From: Antedon mediterranea | Taxonomy: Eukaryota > Animalia > Echinodermata | Length of the DNA: 64,000 nucleotides | Assembly (NCBI RefSeq): GCF_964355755.1 | Contig: NC_092678.1 | Coordinates: 16,039,881-16,103,880, forward strand | Direction: 5' to 3' | In this document: piece after piece, positions 13,306-25,072 of the stretch | How the letters are laid out: each line of letters starts with the position of its first letter | Numbering within the stretch: position 1 is the first letter of the stretch | Notes under the pieces: model-generated | The model's input: the letters and a program-made list of their open reading frames with translations, nothing else | What the model was told of the DNA's origin: nothing | Database searches by the model: none | Made by a program: the position numbers and the translations under genes

Positions 13306-13557
13306 TCAGAGCTTGGGAAAGCCATCGTTGACCTTCGATAATGCATCACTTTCTTTACACCAACGCCGTAATATATGTATGCCTTCTGCTCAGTATCTTG
13401 AACATTTGTTTTAAAAATAATATTCACAGAAGAGTTTGTGAAATAATCTAATAAAGTAGGCAGGAGTAGGAATATTATGTTATAACATCCAAACAATGAT
13501 TTTAATAATTTCATAATGATATTATAATATTCAGTCAAATTATTTGTTATCATTATT

Positions 13558-13588
<31 letters not shown>

Positions 13589-13752
13589 TCATGGCCTATA
13601 CCATTACAGATAAAAGTATTATACATATATCACAGTTAAGTAGTGTCAATGTTTATAATATTTTTAAATCTGCTTTATGCTTACCACAATGAAAAGTACA
13701 GATTTTAGATAACGACTGTTTATGTTTCTACGTTGGTCTCACATTAAACCAT

Positions 13753-16038
13753 TAGTCCAGTATGAAATGTAGCCATAAGATAGGTTGCATTTTGTTTGCT
13801 ATATTATTTGAAAAAAATTGGATATGTTGTAGAATAGACATCACTGAATCCAAAAAGTATTTGCTCAATTTTTTTTCATACGCAAGGGGGATTGGCAGCC
13901 ATTTCAAAATGACCGCAATTTTGGACAAAATTTTTTCAAATATTATAAGTTCATAATAATATTTTTTTCATACGGAATAGGGGGAGGGGGGAAGGCTTGG
14001 CAGCCATTTCAAAATGGCCACCATTTTGGACAAAAATATTGTAAGTATATGACATTAAAAGATGTTATCGAGATAGAAATTCCATCATAAAAGTAACAAT
14101 AAATATTCAAAAAATATTTCACATCATTTTTGTAACTAAATATATAGAAATAATATTTCACATTTGTGTAACAGAACAAGCCAAAATGGCAAACATTTCA
14201 ACCAAAATGGCCGCCATTTTATCCAACATGACCGCAATTTTTATCTGAAATGGCTATATAATCAATTTTTTTTAACTTTAATTAAATACATAGGCTATAT
14301 CATAATAATATTTGTGTTTAATTACTTTAATTATTCGTCGTCACTTTCACCATCACTATCACTGTCCGAATCAGTTGTAGACAACAATGGTCATATGTTA
14401 TTCTCGTCTGCTTCGCATTTACACATCTCGGTACATTATAGATTGTTTTCTTGCATGTGCATGTATTATGGGAACATGTACTTATTAAACATGAACACCT
14501 TATTAGCTCCACAACTGCTTCTCGGATAAAACTGGTCCTAGTTTGCCGTTCTCTATAAACCAGCCTAGTTTTGGCATGGATCAGGAATTATTGGGTCAAT
14601 AGTGACATCTTGACTCCATATATTGGCCTGGAGATGTACACGTAGTATGTGCTGGTGCAACGCTCCAGACGTTGGTGGCAATTTTCCACACCTTGATTAT
14701 TTGTCAGTGTTTTGAACCGTTTCCATCTCAGGGCTGACACCCTTTTAGTTCCAAGAAGACTGCACAGAAACTCAAACACACAAACACACTTGAACTTTCC
14801 CCAACAACACCTGTGAGCACCCAAAGAACAGGTAGATATACCAATGATCCCTCATGGCATTGAAGTAGCATCTACACCAGGAAATGAAGGCGACTTATTT
14901 GTTTTAATTCTAAGGCGCCTACAACAGTTGGGGTAAATTCTGGAATTTAAACAGGCACAACTGAAACAAGAAGAATTTCTCTCAATCAATATACGATCAC
15001 CTTGGACCAGAAAAAGTAGCCAGACTACCAGTTTTCCATGCTATCACTGGATGTCACTATTGACCCAATAAATCCCGATCCATGCCAAATGACTGGTTTA
15101 TAGAGAACGGCAAACTAAGACCAGTATTTTCTCAGAAGCAGGCTGAAAACAAATCTACAATATACCGAGATGTGTAAATGCGAAACAGACTAACTGCCAC
15201 AATATTATGACCATTGTTGTTTACATCCGTTTCGGACAGTGATAGGGCTGACGAAAGTGACAAAGAATAAGTAAGTAATTGAAAACACAAATATTATTAT
15301 GTTGTTATGTTGGTACTGTTATAGCCCATGTATTTAATCAAAGTTAAAGAAAAACCAATTTTATTATGTGGCCATTTCAGATAAAAATGGCGGCCATGTT
15401 GGATAAAATGTCAGCCATTGTTCTGTTACACAAATTATGTGAAATATTATTTGAACATTTATTGTTACTTACCTTTATGATTGAATTTCTCTCGATAACA
15501 TTTTTTAATGCTAAAACTTACAATATTTTAAAAATAATTGTCAAAAATGACGGCCATTTTGAAATTGCTGCCAACCCCCCTTCCGTATGAAAAAAAAATG
15601 GAGCAAATACTTTTTGAATTCAGTGATGTCTATTCTGCAACATATCCAATTGTTACCAAATATTTGATTGATATATGTGGCCATTTTAGATAAAATGGTG
15701 GCCATGTTGGATAAAATGGCAGCCATTTAGGGCATAATGGCGGCCATTTTGGCTTGTTCAGTTACAAAAATGATGTGAAATATTATTTGAATATTTATTG
15801 TTACTTGTATGATTTAATTTCTATCTCGATAAAATTTTTTAATGTCATAAACTTACAATATTTTAAACAATTTTGTCCAAAATGGCGGCCATTTTGAAAT
15901 GGCTGCCAACCCCCCTTCCGTATGAAAAAAAAATGGAGCAAATACTTTTTGGATTCAGTGATGTCTATTCTACAACATATCCAATTTTTACCAAATATAG
16001 CAACAAAAAAATGCCACCTTCCAAAATATCCTAGACTA
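13753..16038. mobile_element. Academ-like DNA transposon remnant with long inverted arms
   Basis: TAG...CTA termini (tagtccag / ctagacta), inverted arms rich in aaaatggcggccatttt; transposase-like remnants LPPTSGALHQHILRVHLQANIW (minus, about 14620-14690) and LGPEKVARLPVFHAITGC (plus, about 15000-15055). Confidence 0.7.
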
Positions 16039-17017
16039 CACTATTATTAGCCCTACCCTTTCTTTTTCTGGTGGATGAATATCATTTTTAAAACACTATA
16101 ATCTGGACTTTTTGAATATAAGACCACACCGAATATTTTATTCAATTTTGATTGTATCATTAATAATGAATGTTGTATGTAAATCTACATATTTCCGTTG
16201 TTATACCTACGTGTAGTTTTCGCGGTGTAAAAGCGCAGAGAGAGAGAGAGCCAGCCTCTCAATTGTCTAGGCGTTCTTATTATAACATATTCATATTAGA
16301 CTGTGTACACTTATATTGGTTCAGTATTGTATTTTTCAGTATTCTTAATTCAGTATAATGTTTAGTGTCTGATTACGGGACTTGTCCGTAATCAAAATTA
16401 CTTTTGCGTGAGTGTGCTTTATGTGAAGTGTCCGTATAGCTTGCAAGTCATTTTATAAATTACATATGAATTTAAAATAATTTCAATTTAATTCGGTAAA
16501 TATTATATGGTTAGCAATTTCCGTTTATTATGTGTCCAGTTTTAACTGAACAAGGAAAGACAGCACCAAATCTACTCTTATGCCAAAACCTCAATCTGCA
16601 CATGCACCAAAGCTTGGTGTTCCACACATGTGGGTGAAACATAAATAAAAACAAATAACAGAGACTACTTATACCAGGTAAATCAAATGTACAAATAACA
16701 TATTATATCCATCGTCTTCTTCTTTACTTATGTAAAATTACATAAACATTAGCTGACGTCTGACTGAGTTCATGTTATTGTTTGAACTCATAATCTGACA
16801 ATTTTCAGTATGTTATATGTAGAAAGAAATGAAAACAATTGTAAATTGTAGTGAATTCTCAAATGTTGATGATTTAAATCAGTCGGTCAATTGTTGTTTA
16901 TACTATGTTCTACAGAACTGACAAGTTTTCAGTAGAAGAGAATTACGGTTGCTCAAGATAGACATTATTGTGTAAATTAGCGGAGAATTAAAATGTCCAA
17001 TCCACAAATTATAAGTT

Positions 17018-17170
17018 TTAAAACACGGCCATATAGATGGCTGCAATCGCATGCTCAAGTTAGTGTTTACCGACCGACCGACCAGCCGACCAACCGACCT
17101 ACCGACCGACCGACCGACCAACCGACCGACATAGTGAGTTGTAGAGTCGCGTTGCACGCACGCGACTATA
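17018..17170 (-). mobile_element. Short DINE/MINE-like element with (GTCG)n microsatellite (also about 29477-29630; partial at 41340-41384)
   Basis: Minus strand tagtcgcgtgcgtgcaacgcgactc hairpin start, (GGTC)n core, ends gccgtgtttt. Confidence 0.55.
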
Positions 17171-17473
17171 AATCAGTCGGGCAATTGTTGTTACTATGGT
17201 CTACAGTATTGACCAGTTTTCTGTAGAAAGAGAATCACGGTTGGGAATTCCTCAAGATAGAAACAATTGTTTAAAATTGTGGAGAATTACGACTTTCAAT
17301 CATTTCTTATTTATATTTTGTTTATTTAAAAAGTAAAACAGTTGGAAGTACTTGAAAGCATACTCACGAATAGAACAGTTTGAAAACAAGATATACACTA
17401 ATAATAGTTACCAGCAGTATAATTAATTCACAATTAACAATAATGATTTTACAACAAAGTAAAGTACCCATAC

Positions 17474-17579
17474 CATGATCATAGATGTAATCATCACTAG
17501 AGTAATATAATGACGATGAAGACGAATATCTTGAAAAAGGTATAGCAACCAACAGCATAATAACGCTAAAGATAGGCAT
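17474..17579 (-). CDS. Signal-peptide first coding exon of the CUB-LRR gene, copy 1
   Basis: ATG after an in-frame stop, MPIFSVIMLLVAIPFSRYSSSSSLYYSSDDYIYDH plus G|gtatgg; phase 1 donor matches the CUB exon (G+AA = E). Confidence 0.7.
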
Positions 17580-19541
17580 TAGGTTTCGTAATTCTGTACT
17601 GATTCGTTGACAATTTTACGCAATTCCGTAAGTTCACTCACTCGTATTTCGCGAATTAAACTTAGCTCCGTGATTCTTTCCAATTTATAACACTTGTTTT
17701 CGGTGGTCTTCATTAAATTATGATATTGCTTTTAGACAATTTTAAAAATTGATAGATAAATCGTATCACCAGGCCTATACTAAATAAATTATGAGTTTGT
17801 TACAGATTTTGCAACAACTATGTTATTCTACAATAATGTTAAACTTTATACGATATACGCTCTAGATCTGATCCTTTTTTTTTTAGACAAGAGATGACAA
17901 TGAATGTGTGCCGATACATATTTGTCGTTAACTGGTGACGTAGGCCTACACGGCATTGTATACACAGTTGCAGTGGGATTGACAGGATTTTTATTCCAAA
18001 TACTTAAAAGATTAAAATAACATTTGAGTAACCAGAATGTGACGAAATCAGAGGCGAATTCAATGGTAGGGGAGGACCAGCCAGTCCTGTTTGTCTTATA
18101 AACGTGGGCCGCTGATGATACAAAGGCGTTTGTTCAATAAAGTTTACTTTACCGTTCAATCTCTGCTAAAACTCCTAGTACAATTCACCTGGAATAATCA
18201 CTTCCGATCAACCTTTAATTGAATTATCAGATATATCCTTTGATTAATTATTTATTTGTTTATCAACCGTTGAGAGAAGATTGATTGATTGTATACGAGT
18301 ACATATGTTAAAGTCTTCATTTTGCCATTAGTTGTTATACATAATGAATATAATACATTAACGTATTTCATCGTAATATTTATGTTTCAAAGAAGTAATA
18401 ATTATTAAATATTCTTATCTGCTTCAGATAAAATATTTATGTTTAAGCAAAAGTTGTATATGTTTGTTGTTTTCATTATATTCATATTGAACATACATAC
18501 ACATTGTTATTATTTATTTTTATGTATGTTGAATTGATAAACCAAATTATTTCAATACTATGCTGATGGATAAATTTGGTGACTAAATTGTTGATAAATA
18601 AATCATAATAACTTCAAATTATGTTGATGTTTCAACATAGCCCTTTTCTCTTTCTCGTATCTTTTTCATAATTCCCCTTCCATTAAATAAATAGCAAGAT
18701 TCATGACATTCCTCTTAACTTCATTACATTTAAAAGATAGGTATTCTTTACAGAAACTCTGGAGAATAATATTGCAAAACATAGAAATAAGTATAATGCC
18801 GGTTAATTTGCATATTGTATTGGTTTTTTTTTTGTATTCTTAAACCAGGTGGTGCGATTTGCACGCAAGGTTTTTTTTTTCTCCGGACTATTATGATCAC
18901 TTGTTCCGGACTATCAGGTCTGATCCCGACGATAACTGTTTTTATTTTTTTTGTCTTGTGTGGGTTCGTCCCACTTTTATTATAGTTCTATAAATATAAT
19001 AATATATGTATATATGCACATTTATATATTTCTCTTATGTATACATATCTTTTGAACAGTATATACATAAGACTAAGATTATTTTGATGTTAAAAAGTAA
19101 CACATTTACATTCATATACATTTAAAAAAATACAATTAGCTGAAATATGTCGATGGCAATAAAATGACGATAAAAATTGATTAAAAAAAACGTACTTATG
19201 AAAAAGTGATTGTTGTTGTTTTATTCTGTCCGTGTCCGTGTCTGGGTAGAGAGGCTATAATTTCAGGGGAAGAATATAAAGAATCTTCCCTTTTCACCAA
19301 GAAAAAAATGGATGAGATGAAAACGAAGAATGCAAAAGCTTGAAAAAAGGGTGTTTAGAATGGATAGGATGGAATGATATATATAATGAAAACCGTAAGG
19401 TTAGAGTCCATACAAAGTGCAAGTCCAAGGTAATATTTTGGCTCTGTGTGTATGTGAGACGCTTCATACCCGGATGACATATCTTAAAAGTAATATAGTT
19501 ACTAGGCCTATATACAATGTATTTAAGAGATACAAATAGCA

Positions 19542-20795
19542 TTTTTTTTATTTCATTAATTTAATGAGATTTTCCTTTATATCGCCCCATTTACATGAGC
19601 TTTAAAGTAGTAGCACTTGAACTCATTTTCAATTAAATGCTTTACTTCAGTAATAAAAAGATTCCAGATCTTTTTTCATAGTTGTTTCCTTTTTTCAGGT
19701 TTTGTTAATAATATGCAACTTATATATAGAGAATACAAATAATGAAATCAATTCATTTACAATTATGTTATTTGATCCAGTAATCATTGTAGACCAAATT
19801 ATTGGGTCTTCGTTTGAAAAGCTCTTAGCTATGACATTTTTAAATTTAAGCCATATCCATTGAATTACACTGCATTTATATAACATGTGTTTTTCAGTTT
19901 CAACCTTGTTTATACATTTATCACATAAATCATTACCTGCTAAGTTCCAGATTTTCAATCGTTTTTTACATGGTAGTATTCTATGCAGAAGTTTAAAATT
20001 AAATTGAGCAACTTTGGGTATATGTTTTAGTCAATAAACTTTATAGTACCAAACATTATTCCAATCAATGTCTACCTTACCTAGTTCTATTTTCCATTTT
20101 GTTTGTGAATTTGGTATTTTTGAACATCTATTAATAAAATGATTATAGAAGACAGTTCCTTTATTTTTCATATAAAGTCATAGACTAGGAATACTATTGT
20201 CTTCCTTTTTTGTATTATCTTTTTCAATAATTTCTTTCCACTCTTTTGGTATAGCTTTTAACAATTACATATATTCAATTAAGGCGTTATGCCTTTTATA
20301 CAGTTTAGGAAATATTTCACAAGGTGAAAGTACTCTATCATTCATGTAAATATCTCCGATTGTTTTAAACCCAGAAGCAAACCATACTTTAAAATACATA
20401 GATTTATTGTTCAATATGATATGTCTGTTTTCCCATAATTGTTGGCTTTTTATTTCCATAGTAGTATTTCCAGTCCATTTACCTGGATCTGGGCTTATTT
20501 GTCTCTTAACCCAGGTTAATTTGAGATATTCTATCACCGGAGTGAGATCTGGCATATTCAAACCACCTTCTTCCACATTTCTAATTAATGTTGTTTGTTT
20601 TATTTTTTATTTTTTATTACCCCAAAGGAAGTCATATAACAGTTTTTCTATTTTTGTAATTATTTCCTTAGGCACCTCAATAATACTAGGAGTATAGATA
20701 AACCTTGATATTGCTAGTGTTTTTATAATATTAATTTTACCAAAAAAACTTAGGTTACGTCTTTCCATAATTTTAATACATTTTCTAACTGTTTT
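19542..20795 (-). mobile_element. L1/Tx1-like LINE ORF2 3' part (post-RT region, Cys-His C-terminus, A tail), unit 1
   Basis: RNLSFFGKINIIKTLAISRFIY...FLWG...EEGGLNMPDL, CDKCINKVETEKHMLYKC, ends AATAAAAAAAA; contains stops and frameshifts. Confidence 0.85.
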
Positions 20796-23700
20796 TATGT
20801 GTGTTTTTTGTCATGGTGGTTTTGTATTGCTTGTATACCTTTTTTGATCTTTTTTCTGTCAATTCTGTAATTAAAATCAAGATGCATCAGCAACCTTATA
20901 TATAATGAATAATACCATTGATAATACCAATATTCATATGTGTTCCTTAAATGTACGGGGATTAAGACAATCAGACAAAAGGAGAGAACTCTTTTCATGA
21001 TTAGGGAAAACTGACCATAATATAATTTTTCTACAAGAAACGCATAGTGACGTAAACTGTGAAAAGCACTAGGCGGATGAGTGGGGGTCTAAAATCTGTT
21101 TTAATCATGGTAAAACAAATAGTGCAGGGGTTCCCGTATTGTTTAACAATAATCAAGATCTTGTAGATAAAATTGTCGGTGATGAAAATGGTAGATTATA
21201 GAAATACAAATAGAAAGCAAGAATTATACGCTCGTTAATGTATATGCCCCAAATGAGGATGACCCAAATTTGTTTTATTCATTTGGCAGATCAAATTAAA
21301 TAATTTAAAACCGAAACTATTATTACTCTAGTAGCTAGATCAACTTTCGTATGCACTTTGAGGTCCAGAGAATTTGACTTCAGAAATTGGTTTAGGGTGG
21401 TCAAACAATCATATTTGGCTTGGTTACACATTTTGAAAATGTGGCGAAAGGTAAAAAGGTCAAGGTGAAAGGTCATAAGACCAAACATAAATATGTCCTT
21501 AAATCTCAACAACCACTAGTCACAACGAGGTAATTTTGGTCTTAAATTAATCAGAAGGTATACATTTATATTCAGTCTAATGGGACATTTTAGTAAAATA
21601 TGACCTGAAATGCCATTTATGACCTTTGACCCACAACCCAGGGCATGTATGGATCTCTGTAACTACTGGTCGTAGACACTTGAATTTGGTTTTAAATTGT
21701 TCGAAATATATGTTTTGTTATTTGTTACCCATTTTGAAAAATGTTACAAAAGGTCAAAGGATCAAGGTCAAGGGTTATTTGAACAAATAAAAAAAGGTAC
21801 TTTTATCTCGGCAACCACTGGTCGCAGCAAGTCAATTTTGGTCTCAAAATGTTCAAAAGGCATACATTTATATTCCATCTAATGGGGCATTTTAGTCAAA
21901 AATGATAAGAAATGCCATTTCTGACCTTTGACCCACATACCAGGGCATCTTCATATCTCTGTAAGTACAGGTCGTAGAAACTTAAATTTGGTATCAAATT
22001 GTTCGAAATATACATATTTACATTCATTTTAATAGAAAATGGGGTTAAAAGATGAACAGAAATACTCTTACTAATGTTTCAAACAAAATTGTTTTAATTT
22101 CAAGTACTAGTTATTGCTGTCCCCGAGGACATTTTGATAATTTTAATTTTAATATAATTTTGGATTTATATAGCGCTTTTCCAAGTGACCAAAGCGCTGT
22201 ACAATAGAAAATAGATAGAAACGTTAAGCTCAACAGTTCTTTTCAGAATGCTAGAAGTAACTTGTCATATGTATCCGATTAAACACCCCAGGCATTTATT
22301 GTTCAAAATGGTTTTTAGGGGTAAAGGAGGCATCTTTATTTGGGGTATAATATGGTAACATGTATAATCAAATAAATACCACCTAGATGTAAACAAATAC
22401 TGCACAATTAATATCAAAAAGTGATAAAATTATGTCAAAATGCTTGGTAAATTGTAGATTATGGTAGTTAATGAAATGTGTTGACGTGATACATTGTGTA
22501 AATGCATGTGGCGGGGCGTTTATTCCACATGGTGTTCTATTTGAGGGAATGGTGGCGTTTATTTGAAGGAATACTCTAATTTTAATAATTGTATTTCGTT
22601 TCTCAACTGATAAAAGGTACTTTACATGATTCGTTTTCCTCTTTATGCTTTTTATCGAAATGTTTCTGTCTTTTAAAATAAAAGTGATAGATTCCATTAA
22701 ATGGATCTTCACCTCCATGTGCCAGTATAATGATATAAAACAATGACACATCGTTATCCTGACACGATTGCACTCATAATGGATCTTCATTCTATCATCT
22801 ATTTGTTTGTAACTACAATTTGACAACAATATTTTGCATAGTTTCAAATGCCAATACATAGTTTGATTACTATTGTACAATATGTCCAGCTTTCCTGAAA
22901 ACACCCTTGTGTACTGTAGTACAGTGTTGTAGTATGATTTTATCATGATAAACTTCTGATGCTTTTGTCGTCAATGCATTCAGTACCTAAAACATGTCAA
23001 AGTTTCTAGTGGTATTGATAATAAATATCCAGAAATATATATTGTTTTATTATCTACATTGGGAACAGACGTGTATATGTATAAGTTTTGTCGTTGACAT
23101 TCAAAACTATTATGCAACAGTGTTACGTAATAATGACAATGAATTGGTCTATTATTGTGGTCTCCGATACCTTTTAATACATGATTGTACTTCCTCCAGG
23201 ACAGAATGAGGTTTAATCCCGTTATTATTCTTATTATATATATATATATATATTTTATATATCTGGGGTGTATTTAGTTGATTATACATGTTACCATTAT
23301 TACACCCAACAAAATAAACGCCTTCCCTGAATAAATAAATGCCCGAGGCTTTTATTCGGGTAACTACAGTAAATTACTTCTAGCATTCTCAAAATGTTTG
23401 AACGTTCGGGGGTCAACAATAATTTCTAGCATTATTATAAGCAAAAGTACAATTATTACAAACAGTAAAGGATTTGTTTTAATTCCTACAGTATAATGAA
23501 ATCATTAAGCATCAATTATTGCATAACATTACTGTCTAATGATAAGTTGGGTAGATATGTTTTTCATTTCAAAGATTAGTAATTAATAGTATTTATGATC
23601 ATCTTTTATCCAAATTTTCTGTTAGAATGAATGTAAATATGTGTATTTCTAACAATTTGATACTAAATTTAAGTTTCTACGACCTGTACTTACAGAGATA

Positions 23701-24900
23701 AGAAGATGCCCTGGTATGTATGTCAAAGGTCAGAAATGTCATTTTCGGTCATTTTTTACTAAAATGTTTAATTAGACTGAATATGAATGTATACCTTCTG
23801 AACATTTTGAGACCAAAATTTACTCGCTGTGACCAGTGGTTGCCGAGATAAAAATACCTATTTGTGTTTATTCATATAACCCCTGGCCTTGACCTTTTGT
23901 AACATTGTTCAAAATGTGTAACAAATAACTAAATGTATATTTCAAACAATTTGAGCCCAAATTCAAGTCTCTACGGCCAATAGTTACGGAGATACAGACA
24001 TGCCCTGGTTTATGGGTCAAAGGTCAGAAATGGCATTTCCGGTCATTTTCGACTAAAATATTTCATTAGACTGAATATGAATGTATACCTTTTGATCAAT
24101 TTCAGACCAAAATTACTTCGCTGTGACCAGTGGTTGTCGAGATTTATGGACATAATGGCGTTTGATCTTATAACCTTTGACCCTGACCTTTTGACCTTTC
24201 GCCACATTTTCAAAATGTGTAACCAAGCCAAAAATGATTGTTTGACCACCCTAAACCAATTTTTGAAGTCAAATTCTTTGGACCTCAAAGTGCATACGAA
24301 AGTTGATCTAGCTACTAGAGTATATAATTGGAGGAGATTTTAATTGTGTTTTAAATATAATTTTGGATAAAAGAGGGAGACAGAAAAAGTACAAAAAAAA
24401 AAGCTCGTCTTGAAATTTTAAATATTATGGGTGAATTCAATTTAACCGATATATGTAGAAATCAAAATAAAAATACAAAGAAATTTCCATGGCGATCTAC
24501 CGGGCTACCTCCTATTCAATGTAGATTAGATTATTTTCTTATCTCAAAACACCTGTTAAATGTCGTGGAGCATACTGATATAAAACCGGGTTATAAAACA
24601 AACCACTCTAAAATTACTTTATCTTTCAATCCTACAAAACAAGGAAGGGGACCTGGGTTCTGGAAATTCAATGTTTCACTACTGAAAGACCAGCAATATG
24701 CTACCGAAGCAAAATTACTAATTTTCAAAACTATCACAAAAAATGAAAATATGAATCCTGGTATGTTATGGGATTTAATAAAGTTCCAATTGAGAGAGTT
24801 AACAATACGCCACGCAAGTAGAATAAAAAGACAGAGAAATGAAAGGGAGAAACAATTAAATAAAGACATAGATAAACTAGAAATGGATTTTGCAGGGAAT
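20796..24900 (+). mobile_element. L1/Tx1-like LINE ORF2 5' part (APE endonuclease), inverted relative to the 3' part and interrupted by a foldback element
   Basis: CSLNVRGLR, IIFLQETHS, VNVYAPN, IIGGDFN, CRLDYFLIS, GPGFWKFNVSLL motifs. Confidence 0.9.
21324..24322. mobile_element. Foldback non-autonomous DNA transposon, TIRs of at least about 750 bp, 3-bp TSD TAT
   Basis: Ends tactctagtagctagatcaac / gttgatctagctactagagta; empty site aactattataattgg in units 2 and 3. Confidence 0.9.
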
Positions 24901-25002
24901 TATTTGCCTATATATATTAACAAAAAAAAAACAATACCAAAATGTACATCGTAAAATACATCAGGATAAATATCAAAGTGTTGCTTATATCTTTTTGAAC
25001 AG

Positions 25003-25072
25003 TTCTTCCTATCATACCAGTTACAATCATTGCTGCTGTGAAGTGTGAAGAAACATATTCTAATGGAGATTA
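25003..25072 (+). CDS. Adhesion GPCR TM4-ECL2 exon, copy in unit 1
   Basis: tttttgaacag|TT...TA|gtaagt, 70 bp; LPIIPVTIIAAVKCEETYSNGD(Y); phase 2 donor joins in frame to the 50324 exon giving ...NGDYCFMKP. Confidence 0.75.

Noticed and set aside
18153-18210. Possible non-coding first exon or promoter (donor CG|gtaaag, ETS-like acttccg) of the CUB-LRR gene
   Set aside because: Short motifs only; not supportable without transcript data
22383-22946. 187-aa minus-strand ORF inside the foldback element
   Set aside because: No recognisable motifs; composition fits a chance ORF in AT-rich repeat DNA
24427-24954. 175-aa ORF as a host gene
   Set aside because: It is a LINE endonuclease fragment within a disrupted ORF2
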